Source: Octopus vulgaris (taxonomy: Eukaryota). From it: 64,000 nt of DNA. How positions within the stretch are numbered: the first letter of the stretch is position 1; each line of letters opens with the position of its first letter. The DNA is taken from contig OX597823.1 in the NCBI GenBank assembly GCA_951406725.2, forward strand, positions 80,786,001 to 80,850,000. Direction: 5' to 3'. Shown in pieces: positions 12,970 through 26,460 of the stretch. The translations under genes were made by a program, and so were the position numbers. Below the pieces are notes generated by a model that made no database searches, was not told where the DNA came from, and was given only the letters and a program-made list of their open reading frames with translations.

Positions 12970-13525
12970 TCATTGCTGTCTTAATTTGCTACTTTCTGCC
13001 TCCTCTTCTACACGTTCTCCCAACGACTTGTAGTGCACCTGGGCACCAGTGGCGGCTCGTTGTTTAGCCTTAGACTTGTGAGGATTCTTCTCACAAAATT
13101 CCCACCAATTTGCAGCCACAATGATTATCAATTTTACCATGGCAATTTTAGGGCTTTCTTTTATAATCAACGGCCATATAAACTGACTAAATGCTTTGTA
13201 ATTATTCAGTGTTTGATAATCTTCTGCACAGAATTCTACATCAACATTATTTAATCCACATTCAGCACAAATTTCATCAGATGTTTGTTTCTGCTTATCT
13301 TGTGCCTTAGCCTTTTCCTTTCTCTCTTCAGGAGATATTTTTTTCAGTCTTGTGGTCAGATTGTTGAACAGCTGCTGAGTTGCTATCTTTACTGACTTTG
13401 CTGCCGCTATCCATGAGCCGCAGTATTTTCTTTTTCTTTTTTGACCGTTTCTTCTTTTCAGTGGCATCTTTAGATTTCTTCTTTTTTGATTTTATTTCTG
13501 TGACAAAGCACACAGTTCTATACAA
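12970..13525 (-). pseudogene. Decayed CHD3/4/5 (Mi-2) N-terminal fragment containing the CHDNT domain
   Basis: [50 protein letters not shown] resembles CHD4 '[50 protein letters not shown]'. The upstream Lys-rich part is in another frame (frameshift), and two conserved Arg codons read TGG. No other CHD exons were seen. Confidence 0.8.
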
Positions 13526-14994
13526 GGATTTTTGTATTTTTTCATAAACTAGGGGATGGCTACTGACATTAAGCTTAAGGATTATAAAATGTACAAGTAT
13601 AAAGAAAGAATTAAAGAAAAACAGGACTCATTATATTGAATGTTAACGATAATATCAAGTGGAAATAGGGGGTGTTGAAAGTTCCGCAGTGCCTACACAC
13701 GAGCCACTACTGCTGAGCACTGTATTCAATAACTCTTTACTCTCTTTTACTCTTTTACTTGTTTCAGTCATTTGACTGCGGCCATGCTGGAGCACCGCCT
13801 TTAGTCGAGCAAATCAACCCCGAGACTTATTCTTTGTAAGCCCAGTACTTATTCTATCGGTCTGCTTTTTGCTGAACCGCTAAGTGATGAGGACATAAAC
13901 ACACCAGCATCGGTTGTCAAGCAATGCTAAGGGGACAAACACAGACACACAAACACACACACATACATACATATATATATACATATACACGACAGGCTTC
14001 TTTCAGTTTCCATCTACCAAATCCACTCACAAAGCATTGGTCGGCCCGTGGCTATAGCAGAAGACACTTGCCCAAGATGCCACGCAGTGGGACTGAACCT
14101 GGAACCATGTGGTTGGTTAGCAAGCTACTTACCATACAAAGCACATTTTTTTTTTTGAGCTTCAAAACTTTATTTTATCTAATATAGTTTTTAGAAAAGA
14201 AAGACAAAGAAAAAAAAAAAAACACAGAAAAAAAGTAAAAGGGGAGAAAAAAGAGGAGAGAGAGGGAAAAGACATCACTGCAGTACCTAGTGCTTAAATT
14301 GGTTGCACACCACAAGGTTCAACGGAACCTACTGAAGCAAACCAGCAGACTTGCAGAATTACCTCGGGCGATGGTGAGGCTAAGGTGCTGGAAAAGCCAT
14401 ATGCGCCCTCACGGGCATCACAGGACACCTCGGTGAAGCGAGCTGCAAAAGATATAAAATTTCGATATTCTCTTTCTTTCTCGCCACCCCTTATTTTCTA
14501 CCTCTTTTCTTTCAAACGAAGAATTTTGTCTCAAACAGCGAAAAAGGTTATCCCACTTCTTAACTCGTTTTTTGGATGGTAGAACGTAATTTGTCGTCTG
14601 CTTCAATAACACCACCTGTTCTTTGGTGCCTTTAGCAAAGTCTATTTTGGGGTAAGTATTTGGGAACAGGTGCACGGTTTCAGAACGCCTTCCTCAAACC
14701 TGTCTTGGAAGTCCGACAACAGGTCATAGGCATCGCCGTTCTCTTCCAAGCACACACACAAGCTATCTCAGGCCACAATTAGTCAGTGGCACAGCTAGAG
14801 TGCATGCCGCCCGGGGCAGCCTTTGCGTTTGCTCCCAACTCTGGACCCCAACAGCATGTACAGTAGACCCTAAAATGCCACCACGCTGAAAACGTCGCTA
14901 GACACGGACTGCCTCCACCTCCTCCTCCATTGCACGCCTCCTAGCTACGCTTCTGTGATTAGTTTCCTTGGTTTGTGTTATTGACATCTCTACA

Positions 14995-15410
14995 GGGCGG
15001 CGAGCTGGCAGAATCGTTAGCACGCCGGGCGAAATGCGTAGCTGTATTTCGTCTGCTGTTACGTTCTGAGTTCAAATTCCGCCGAGATCAACCTTGCCTT
15101 TCATCCTTTCGGAGTCGATAAATTAAATACCAGTTACGCACTGGGGTCGAGGTAATCGACTTAATACCTTTGTCTGTCCTTGTTTGTCCTCTCTGTGTTT
15201 AGCCCCTTGTGGGTAATAAAGAAATAGGCATTTCGTCTGCCGTTATGTTCTGAGTTCAAATTCCGCCGAGGTCGACTTTGCCTTTCATCTTTTCGGGGTC
15301 GATAAATTAAGTACCAGTTACGCACTAGGGGTCGATGTAATCGACTTAATACCTTTGTCTGTCCTTGTTTGTCCCGTCTATGTTTAGCCCCTTGTGGGCA
15401 ATAAAGAAAT
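14995..15410 (+). mobile_element. SINE (GGCGGCGAGCTGGCAGAA family), tandem dimer
   Basis: Head followed by two ~185-nt body units containing gcctttcatcctttcggggtcgataaattaagtaccag. Confidence 0.85.
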
Positions 15411-16691
15411 TAGAATCGTTAACGTGTCGAACAGAATGCTTAGCGGAATTTCTTCCAGCTTTTAACATCTGTCCTTTCGCAGTTGATAAAGCAATGCAAT
15501 CCATGTAATCTCCTAGTTCCTACTCCATCCAATTTCAGGTGTTCTGTTACAAAAAGAATTAAGTGCTTTGAATTATCTCCCCTGTTGGGAAACCGCATTT
15601 TGTTTACTCCAGTATTATTTTCATCACCTGTCATCGTTTATATAAGTGTCAGTTCTGATCAACACAATCATGATTTTGTAATTAATTTTCTATTTGAATT
15701 TTTTTAAAATTGAATCTCAAATCTCAGAATGTGTAAAGGTAAGGGACTTGTGTTATATTTATATATCAACTTTTACATTTATATCTTTCCAAATGCTTCG
15801 CACACGACACTTGAACGATAAGGTCAGATTAAAGCATGCTTCTTCAAAGATTAGTTTGAATTTAATCAGTCGAGGATTTATATCTACAAACATTATCAAT
15901 GCAATTAACTTACACTTCAATCCAAAAGTCTAAGCGTTAGTTAGTTATTGGTTTCAGAAGAAATAATGTGATCAGTACACAAAATATAGGAGTTGAAACA
16001 CAACTGCAGAAAACTTACTTCCTCCCTCCAAAAACTTATCAATTTTCTTTACCTCTGTGGAGTGTATGTTTAAACATATTTATAAATTTGTGCTCGAGAT
16101 ATCCAGTATTCCCAGAAAATTTCAATATTAGTATTTATTTTCCACAGTATTTTGTAATTTCGCGTCCTATTCCTTCCTTCTGAGGTAATGATAGCTGTTC
16201 CCAAACCCTGTCTATATTTTTATGTTTCCAGTATACATTAAAGATTAATAAACTAATTTTTTAAAACTCGGCTTTTTAAAATTAAACGATCAAACTGCAT
16301 TTCTGTTCATGCTTAACATAATTTGTCTTTAATACAGAAATCTTTAAAAGAACTTAAAAGATCAATGATCTGTTTCGGATAGTCCATGCCAGTCATGTAA
16401 TTATTACAGTTGCTAAAATATATCCGATCAACTCGGATCCCCTATTTTATCACATAATAATTTTCTGTGACCCATTTCATAAGTCAATTTTTCCCCTCTG
16501 ATACCAATAGCAACCATCCCATATATATACACACACTTACATATGCGAAAATCTACGTGGAAGCCTCTAAATGGTCACTCTAGCTGAAAAAAAGAACAGC
16601 AGCTAAATACCCATTAAATAAGACTCTACTCTCTTAAAAACTGAAGGACACCATGCGTGATGTATTTTGAATAAAAATAGAATAAATTGGA

Positions 16692-17468
16692 GGTTAATAT
16701 CTAGATCCGCACCCGGTGGGAAAAATGGAAACGAAAATGTGTAACAGTTGTAAGGCATCGTATATTGACGGAATAAGACGGGAAAAAAGCGCGCTGACAA
16801 ACGGGCGGTGGGTGGGGGCTCGGGAAATTCCCAGGATCAACCGTAGAGGATCCACGCCCAGGTGGCAAAAATGGAAAAAAATATGTGTAACAGGTGTAAG
16901 GCATCGTATATTGAAGGAATATGACGAAAAAAAAGCGCGCTGACAAACGGGGGGGGGGGCTCGGAAAATTGCCTACGATTTAAAGAAAAATTTACCATCA
17001 ATTTTCACCATTTTAAACGCATTTCACACACATAGCCCAATGTCATAATTCAAAACTAACGCAGCGAAAATTTTGAAAAGTTCCCCCAGTTCTGAAAAAA
17101 ATCGATAAATTCGACATGGGGTCGCGAATCAGAAACACAATGGTGAAAATTGATGGTAAATTTTTCTTTAAATCGTAGGCAATTTTCCGAGCCCCTCCCC
17201 CCCCCCGTTTGTCAGCGCGCTTTTTTTTCGTCATATTCCTTCAATATACGATGCCTTACACCTGTTACACATATTTTTTTCCATTTTTGCCTCTACAATC
17301 CTGGGAATTTCCCGAGCCCCCACCCCACCCCCCGTTTGTCAGCGCGCTTTTTTCCCGTCTTATTCCGTCAATATACGATGCCTTACAACTGTTACACATT
17401 TTCGTTTCCATTTTTCCCACCGGGTGCGGATCTCATTTTTCCCACCGGGTGCGGATCTAGATATTAAC
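16692..17468. mobile_element. MITE with very long TIRs (~330 bp) and 9-bp TSD (Mutator-like)
   Basis: Ends gttaatatctagatccgcacccggtggg and cccaccgggtgcggatctagatattaac. TSD taaattgga at 16683-16691 and 17469-17477. Confidence 0.85.
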
Positions 17469-17671
17469 TAAATTGGAACACCTTTAGTCAGCTCTATCCG
17501 AGTTGATCCCGGCAATGATAACTGATGGAAACGTCTTCCTATGCTTTGCAGCCATGTGGTCTTGGATTCAGTCTCATTTCGCAGCATCTTGGGTAAGTGT
17601 CGTCTACTATAACCCCGGGCCACCCTATGCCTTGTGAGTTAATTTCGTTGTCGGAAGCTTATCATATATAT

Positions 17672-17841
17672 CAGTGATTCCCAAGGTGGGGCGTACGCCC
17701 CACTGGTGGGGCCTGAGAAAATTCAGGTGGGGCGCGGGGCATAGACGTGGGCTGTGAAAATATTTGTACATGACGAGGTGGGGCGTAAAAACTTTTGCTA
17801 TGAAAAAGTGGGGCGCCGGGAAAAAAGGTTGGGAAACACTG
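17672..17841. mobile_element. hAT-type MITE
   Basis: TIRs cagtgattcccaa / ttgggaaacactg, with 8-bp TSD atatatat on both sides. Confidence 0.8.
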
Positions 17842-17856
17842 ATATATATGTAATTG

Positions 17857-18175
17857 GGTACTACTTAAGAACAGTGGTCCCGGTGCGCGCACTCGCGTAC
17901 TCGCGCATCCGCTCTAGCTAGTCGTGACTAGTCGATCCGACAACGACTACCTAGCAAAGTAAATAAAACACAAAATAAATAAATTTTTTTTACACCAAGT
18001 AAATAATTTTGGTTAAACAAAGTAAATAAAAGACAAAACCACAAAGTAAATAATTTTTTTAAACAAAGCAAATAAAACAAAAATACAAAGTAAGGATCGA
18101 CTAGTCATGACTAGCTAGCGCGGATGCGCGAGCACGCGTGTGCGCGCACCGGGACCACTGTTCTTAAGTAGTACC
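17857..18175. mobile_element. MITE with ~80-bp CpG-rich TIRs and 9-bp TSD
   Basis: Ends ggtactacttaagaacagtggtcccggtgcgcgc and gcgcgcaccgggaccactgttcttaagtagtacc. TSD atgtaattg at 17848-17856 and 18176-18184. Confidence 0.88.
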
Positions 18176-18900
18176 ATGTAATTGTATGTCTGTATTATGT
18201 ATGTATATATTTGAGTTTGTCTTCCACTACTTGACAACAGGTGCTGATCTGTTTACGTACCTGTTTCTTAGTTGTTTGGCAAAACAGTCCGATAGAATAA
18301 GTACCAGACTTTAAAAAAAAAAATGTGTTGATTTGTTCGACTGAATCCTCCAAGGCGTGCCCCAGCATGGCCAGAGTCCAATGACTGAAACAAATACAAG
18401 ATAGACATTATTGATTAGGAAAGACGGACCAATTTCAGTTCTAATGTAATTTCTACCCGTCAGTGTTGACCCTGGATGTAATTGTAGTTATTACTGTTGT
18501 TTACCCCAGAGGTGCTTCAGTCCTGACCATTTGTCTTATCCAATGCATCCTTTCCATTTTTAAGACAGTTGTGTGTAAAGGAAGAGTGGTTTGATCGTCA
18601 TTTTCAGTAGGGTGTACTGTCACATAGAGGTCTATCAAATTTACTCAAAAAGGCATTAGATAGCCTGGGGCTACAGTAGAAGACACTTGCCCTAAGCAGT
18701 ATGCAGTAGGATCGAACCTGAAACCATGTGATTTCTATATGAATCTTAGTTTAAGTTGTAAGCCTCCAATGTGTATCAATGTTAACACACAACATGCCAT
18801 CTCAGCTAAATATAAAGTGTTCATACCTATCTACTTCAGATGGTAGCTCTATACCCCCAAGGTGTCAGTCACGCTGGCCAAAGTGCACTCACAGACTTTC

Positions 18901-19503
18901 TTATTTCTTTATTGCCCACAAGGTGCTAAACATAGAGGGAACAAACAAGGACAGACAAAGGGATTAAGTCGATTACATCGACCACTAGTGCGTAACTGGT
19001 ACTTAATTTATCGACCCCGAAAGGATGAAAGGCAAAGTCGACCTCGGCGGAATTTGAACTCAGAACGTAACGGCAGATGAAATACCTATTTCTTTATTGC
19101 CCACAAGGGGCTAAACATAGAGGGGACAAACAAGGACAGACAAAGGGATTAAGTCGATTACATCAACCCCAGTGCGTAAATGGTACTTAATTTATCGACC
19201 CCGAAAGGATGAAAAGCAAAGTCAACCTCGGCGGAATTTGAACTGAGAACGTAACGGCAGATGTAATACCTATTTCTTTATTGCCCACAAGAGGCTAAAC
19301 ATAGAGGGGACAAACAAGGACAGACAAAGGGATTAAGTCAATTACATCAACCCCTAGTGCGTAACTGGTACTTAGTTTATCGACCCCGAAAGGATGAAAG
19401 GTAAAGTCAACCTCGGCGGAATTTGAACTCAGAACGTAACGGCAGACGAAACACCGCTAAGCATTTCACCAGGCGTGCTAACGATTCTGCCAGTTCACCG
19501 CCG
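18901..19503 (-). mobile_element. SINE (GGCGGCGAGCTGGCAGAA family), tandem trimer
   Basis: One head plus three ~187-nt body units; TSD acagactttct on both sides. Confidence 0.88.
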
Positions 19504-19809
19504 TAACAGACTTTCTAAAGATTCTAGTTTTGCTCATGCAAGCTAAATTTCTCTGTGATGTGATTTAATTTGAGTGTAAATATGTAAAAGCCAATCACAT
19601 CCAGAATGCATATGATCCCACCTCATTTATATGTAATTAGGCACAGGCATGGTTGTGTGATTAAGAGGTCTGTTTTTGAACTAGTTTACAATCCCACAAC
19701 TTAGTTTGATACAAAGGGACTGATAGAATAAACGATGGCAGGCTTTAAAAATATATTGTAAACTAGAGATCAATGACATTTGAAGTACATAACCCACCTC
19801 ATTTATATG

Positions 19810-19892
<83 letters not shown>

Positions 19893-20130
19893 AATAATAA
19901 AAGGGTAAAATTAATTAATTATTAATTATCAATTTTACCAAGTAGTGTTCAGTATGTAAAAAGACCATTTATGGTATATTTAAAACATTACGTTATATAA
20001 TTAGGGTTTAGTAAAATAATTTACTTTACCACACACCGAATTTTTAGAAATAGCAGCCCAAAAATTTTAGCTATTTCTTCTACTATAAGAAAAGTCTCCT
20101 GGACAATGTATACTCAAAAATAATTCACGC

Positions 20131-20172
<42 letters not shown>

Positions 20173-21650
20173 ATATATATATATATGTATGTGTATATAT
20201 ATATGTTATTAGCTAAGCTAAGATACCATGTGCATTACTCAAGATGTAATTATCTTTGCTTCAGCGACTGTATTCATGAGCATATATAAAGTGGATATGC
20301 AGGGCAGATACATTTTGAGATAATGTTTTATATTGCCTACACTGCTTGACTGTTTACTTATTTCATCAAACCAAAACAACTAAAAGCAGAACAGAGTCCA
20401 ATGCATTTGATCTCAAAATGTAAAGTCATGTAACCCGATATAGTAACACATTGGTTATGCTCTGTTGATTGTTTTTTTCAATTCACCATCTCTTAAAATA
20501 TATCCTGTATCTCTTACCTTTTACTTGTTTCTGTCATTGGCCTGTTGCCATGCTGGAGCATCAAATGCAAGGGATAAGTGGAACAAATTGACCCCAGTTT
20601 TTTTATGCTTTTATTCTTTGACTTGTCTCAAAGGTGGCGAGCTGGCAGAAATTTTAGCATGCCGGGCAAAATGCTTAGCAGTATTTCATCTGTCTTTACG
20701 TTCTGAGTTCAAATTCTGCTGAGGTTGACTTTGCTTTTCAAACTTTCGGGGTCGATTATTAAGTACCATTTGTGTACTGGGGTCGATCTTTGTGTTTGAC
20801 TGGTACCCTCTCCAAAGATTCTGGGCCTTGTACCTAAAATAGAAAAGATTCTTTGACTTGTCTCAGTCATTAGACTGTGGCCATGCTGGGGCACCACATT
20901 GAAAATGCTTTAGTTGAATGAATTGACCCCTTTACTTGCTTTTATTTTAATGCCTGGTACTTATTGTATCGGTCTCTTTTACTGAATTGCTAAGTTACAG
21001 TGATGTGAACACACCAAAACTGGTTGTCAAGCAGTGGTGAAGAGACAGACACAAAGACACACACACACACACACACATATATGTTGGGCTTCTTTCAGTT
21101 TCCATCTACCAAATCCACTCACAAGGTTTTGGTTGCCCCAAAGCTAAGGTAAGAAGACAATTGCACAGGGTGCCATGCAGCAGGACTGAACCAGAAACTG
21201 CGTGGTTTTGAGGCAAGCTTCTTACCACATAGCCACACCTGTGCCTATAGTACTTGTATTGTTTTTAAAGTCTAGTATTTGTTCTATTAGTTACTTTTGC
21301 TGAACTGATGGCGATATATAAAAAAGAAACAAAAAACTGACAGCAGTTATCAGGCAGTAGAGGAGGACAAACACAAAAATACACACACACACACAGATGT
21401 GTGTGTGTGTATATGTGTATGTATATATATATATAAGAAATAGAAAACGAAACAATAATAAATTCAATTCAATTTAAATATTTTATACAAACAAATGACA
21501 TCTCATAAATATATATATGTGTGTATATATATATATATATATAATACAAATAAGAAAATGGAAAAACAAATTTAGTTTGTTCATCAACTTTTGGATATTA
21601 GAATGTTGGATTATTTATTCATTTAACAAAATGAGAACCTTAATAGCATA

Positions 21651-21746
<96 letters not shown>

Positions 21747-22339
21747 GTTCAAAACGTAAAACATTTTGTCATTTTCCTGAGCGTCAAACTAATACACCTG
21801 CTTGTTGTTCATACACCTGTCTTCGTCTTTTATTTTTCTGTAAATTTCAACTATATATATATATATATATATACACACACATTCACCATGTGCATATTTT
21901 AATATCCTCATTGATTTTAATATGGACAACGTAAAAAACACCCACTACACTCGCGGAATGGTTGGCGTTAGGAAGGGCATCCAGCCGTAGATACACTGCC
22001 AAATCTGACTGGGCCTGATGAAGCCTTCCGGCTTCACAGACCCCAGTTAAACCGTCCAACCCATGCTAGCATGGAAAACGGACGCTAAATGATGATGATG
22101 ATGATGATGATACAACCTTGCAAGTACGTTTATGCATTTATATATTTTTATATTTTTATATTACATCATGCATATATGAGTACACTTATTATGCTGTGAA
22201 GTATTCCGATGCTTTGAAATATGTTGAGTAAATATGACCTTTGAAATTTGCTCTCTCTTTCTTGGCTTTATATATATATACACACACATACACATATACA
22301 CACACAGAGGGATGACACTACTGGGTGGACATCCAATAA

Positions 22340-22715
22340 GCTAAATGTAGACCCCATATGGTCTGACCACTAAGAAAAATTGTTCTCAAGAAAATTCTGC
22401 GCCTATATATATATATATCCCATAAATAATGTGGTGTTTTATACTTTTAATTTTCAAAATTAAGAAAAGCAAAGCTCTTTTTAAATTTAAAATATACTCT
22501 CCTTCATTTTGTACAATGCTCTTCCATCTATATGATAGACTTGCAGGGCTCCTCTTCCAAAATTTTCTCTTGTCCGTGACGAAATATACTCCTCCAGTAC
22601 TGTTCTGATCTCGTCTACAGAATTCATATTTTTTCTGTCCAAATGATTTTGAAGACTGTGAAAGGATAATCAGATGGGGTGTAACGGGCAGAAGTCTTGC
22701 TTCCATTGCATTCAA
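22340..22715 (-). mobile_element. Mariner transposase 3' remnant
   Basis: Frameshifted PSDY..F.SLQNHL followed by L..RWKSIVQNEGEYI, typical of the mariner C-terminus. Confidence 0.6.
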
Positions 22716-22782
22716 ACTTCACCATTCAACTGTAACAGTGTGTGTGTGTGAATATATACACACAAAGAGATCTATATAGGCG

Positions 22783-23188
22783 CAGGAGTGGCTGTGTGGT
22801 AAGTAGCTTGCTAACCAACCACATGGTTCCGGGTCCAGTCCCACTGCGTGGCATCTTGGGCAAGTGTCTTCTGCTATAGCCCCGGGCCAACCAATGCCTT
22901 GTGAGTGGATTTGGTAGACGGAAACTGAAAGAAGCCTGTCGTATATATGTATATATATATGTGTGTGTGTGTATATGTTTGTGTGTCTGTGTTTGTCCCC
23001 CCTAGCATTGCTTGACAACCGATGCTGGTGTGTTTACGTCCCCGTCACTTAGCGGTTCGGCAACAAAGACTGATAGAATAAGTACTGGGCTTACAAAGAA
23101 TTAGTCCCGGGGTCAATTTGCTCGACTAAAGGCGGTGCTCCAGTATGGCCGCAGTCAAATGACTGAAACAAGTAAAAGAGTAAAAGAG
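22783..23188 (+). mobile_element. tRNA-derived SINE (GGAGTGGCTGTGTGGTAAG family), full-length representative
   Basis: tRNA-like head, internal (TA)n(TG)n and a (TAAAAGAG)n tail. Further copies near 5806-6186, 13740-14135, 34540-34953, 45825-46238, 49965-50348, 51240-51625, 58425-58806 and 61462-61815. Confidence 0.88.
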
Positions 23189-24095
23189 AGTATATGAACA
23201 TACATGCATATATGCATAACAGTTTAAATAGTAGCTGCTGTACAAATGCATATATGTATGCGTGCGCATACAATCATATATTTGTTTAACAGTTATGGTC
23301 AAAATTATATTTATACAAGCGATTCTAAATTTTTGCATTGTGAATTTGAAACCTTCAGAATCTGGAAAAGCAAGTTAAATTCCTATTTCTTTATTGCCCA
23401 CAAGGGGCTAAACACAGAGGGGACAAACAAGGAAAGACAAAGTGATTAAGTCGATTACATCGACCCCAGTGCGTAACTGGTACTTAATTTATCGACCCCG
23501 AAAGGATGAAAGGCAACGTCGACCTGGGTGGAATTTGAACTCAGAACGTAACGGCAGACGAAATACGGCTACGCATTTCGCCCGGCGTGCTAACGTTTCT
23601 GCCAAATTCCTTAACGTTTCTCGTTCTACTTGCCTTGCCATGAACGGTAACTAAGTAAAACTGTATGCATGAGTTCCCTCCCTTGATCTGTTTTTTTTTT
23701 TTTAAATCAATATATGATGAAGTTCTGTTTGAGAACAACGTTATAACGAGTGCATCAATGAGATAAACTTAACACGTGTGTGTGTGTGTTTACATCTTTG
23801 CACGCTTATTCGAAATTAATGTTGCTTGGGTGGTGTTGGCAATTCTATCAATAACTTATTCGTTTGTTTCTCGTTTTCGAAGCCGTGTGGAATAAGAGAT
23901 CCGTTCGTTATTAAAAACAAGTAGTGTTTAGTGTTAGGAGGGGGTCATCCGACTGTAAAAGAATAATATATTTGTCTAACTCCACTTTGATTTTCTCCAC
24001 AAAACTTAACCTCACTTGGGTTTTCCATAAAAACCTGCGTCCACCACGAATGTGGTAAGTAGCTTGCTTACCAACCACATGGTTCCGGGTTCAGT

Positions 24096-26450
24096 ATGGA
24101 AAAGTGTCTTGCTTTTGGTAAGATATGCAATATTTGTAAGATGAAGAACCATATTCAGTCTTGCTTCTTGTTTTCTAAAGAGACATTTGAGAAAGGGCAT
24201 GAAGTTGATACTGATGCAGGTAGTGACCAGGAATTGAGCCATGCCTTCTACATGGGGAGCAGTGATGGCAACTCATGAACCTCCCTTAAATTAAAAGATA
24301 CTGAAATACAGATACAAGCATGTCTGTCACTAAGGGGCTGCACTGGATAGCACTGTCCCCTCAACCATTCAGTATTATATCCTTAAATTCACAGTGATAC
24401 ACTTGTTTCAAAACTCCACTTTAGCATTATTACAAATTAGTGCCCCCAGGCATCAAAGTCTAGTGATGGGCCTGGATATAAGAAGAAATTAGCAGCAACA
24501 TAACCGTTATTCTCAAAGAATAGTTTGATAAAACTAGGGTCTTTCAATGTGGAATCTTGCAATGCTTGCATCAAACAGTTTGATTGTTTGGGAAACAAAC
24601 TGTTGGGGTAGTCTGAAACTGTATTTCAGGTAGAAACAAGGAATGATATAGTTTCCTGAAGTGCAAGCAACAAAAAAGTCTCTTACCTTGACTTGGCAGA
24701 TGTCCCTGAAAGGAATTCCTCAACCGTGACAAGAACTTGCTGTGTAATTCAGGGACAGTCTCTACCCAATATGCGTGTCAGCAGCCAGAATTCCTGAGGA
24801 CCCTATACTCATGTTGGTTCTTGCTGACTATCCATGCCAAAGAGAGGACGTTCAAATCACCTGTTTTTTGTTTTTTTCACTTGACTTCTCTTTCCCAGTC
24901 ACTTAGTTAGTGCAGCATCCACTAACCTCTCCTTACAATTTTGGCTTGTCACCCACTGTGTCACATTCCCATGATTTTTGCTGAATGTTATAAAAAGCAA
25001 GGTGTGATTAGATGTGCTGAGACCCATTAGTATGTCCCCTCACTTCACACATGCAGTCTGACTATAATGAATTATTAAAAGATATAAAAGCTAAAATAAA
25101 ATTAAATCTGCATGTTATGAATCTCGACTGCTTTCTATACATATTTATTCCCCTAGTAGTGAAATTAGAGGAAATGCTAGAAACCACTTAATGTAAAAGA
25201 GATGAAGTGAATAAGTGTCTCCATTGTGTTTGGTGTGCAAGTCTGATGGTGGTTTATATATTTTTACAGATGACAAGATTAGAATAATTCTCAGTCTATG
25301 TTCTGACTCTTAATTGGCTCCAAATATTTGTTTCAAATTTTGGCACAAGACCAGCAGTTTTGAGGAAGTGGGTAACCACTACGCCATACGCCTGTGGGCA
25401 TATGGCGTAGTGGTTAAGAGCACAGACTGCTAACCCCAAGATTCCGAGTTCGATTCCAAGCAGTGACCTCAACAACAATGACGACGACAATAATAATAAC
25501 ATCGAAGAATACTTTAGGAATGAGAACCCAGGTTTGAAATTTCCCCAAGACACCTGATGAAGGCTGGAGGGTATATCAGCTGAAATGTTGTGTTAACAAC
25601 AAACAAGATGAGGACAAATATCCCCATTGCTCAGCTGGTGCTTATTTTATCAACCCCAACAGGATGAAAGGCAAAGTTAATCTCGGTAGATTTGAACTCA
25701 GAATGTAAAGATGGACAAAATGCCACTAAGCAGTTTTGCCCTGTATGCTGATGATTCTCCGAGTTCATTGCCTTATCGACTCCAAATATTGATTTCAAAT
25801 TTTTGCACAAGGCCAGCAATTTCAGGGAAGTTGATTATATTGGCCCCAGTGCTCATCGACCCCAAAAAGATGAGAAGCAAAGTTGACCTCAGCAGATTTG
25901 AACTCAGAATGTAAAGCTGGACATTCTTATGTCCGGCATTCTTATGAGTCTCCCAGGTCACCACCTTTATGATCTCACCAAAATATTTATGGCTCAAAAT
26001 ATTTTTGAGTCAGCATTACAGAAATTGGCATCTGTGAAATATTTGACAAAGATTACTACACTCTCGGAGTGGTTGGCGTTAGGAAGGGCATCCAGCTGTA
26101 GAAACTCTGCCAGATCAAGATTGGAGCCTGGTGTAGCCATCTGGTTCGCCCGCCCTCAGTCAAAATCGTCCAACCCATGCTAGCATGGAAAGCGGACGTT
26201 AAACGATGATGATGATTGGTTTAGTCAGTGCCTACCCTTAAAAGATAATTTCTGATGAAGCTTAAGCAATAACAACAGTGAATACTTCTCTTTGGTTATT
26301 GCATTGGACACATCTACCATAGGGTATAAAAACAGTAAACACCATATTTCAATGTGCCTTCGAAAATGTATTAGTAAGTGTGGCTGGTATTACAATCTCT
26401 CACAATAACATTTACATTGGTGGCTGTACTACTAATGATCTGAAATACAA
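24096..26450 (+). mobile_element. Highly degraded Ty3/Gypsy LTR-retrotransposon fragments interrupted by SINEs
   Basis: Gag zinc-knuckle-like KCLAFGKICNICKMKNH at 24099-24152. Weak RT-like remnants near 25200-25260 and 26270-26450. Confidence 0.4.
25373..25623 (+). mobile_element. tRNA-headed SINE-like element with minimal hammerhead motif, copy 1
   Basis: A-box TGGCGTAGTGG, B-box GTTCGATTCC, an (AAT/AAC)n spacer, then GACAC-CTGATGA-A-GGCTG..CAGCT-GAAA-TG-TT-GTGTT (25549-25594). A short inverted copy of the 5' end lies at 25373-25392. Confidence 0.8.
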
Positions 26451-26460
26451 AGGAAAAGTG

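Noticed and set aside
21745-21852. Further Penelope-like tail or hammerhead half (ggttcaaaacgtaaaac)
   Set aside because: No CUGANGA half or stem II is present; too truncated to support.
25396-25468. Functional tRNA-Ser gene
   Set aside because: A/B boxes are present, but the acceptor stem does not pair properly and the sequence is the head of a repeated element.
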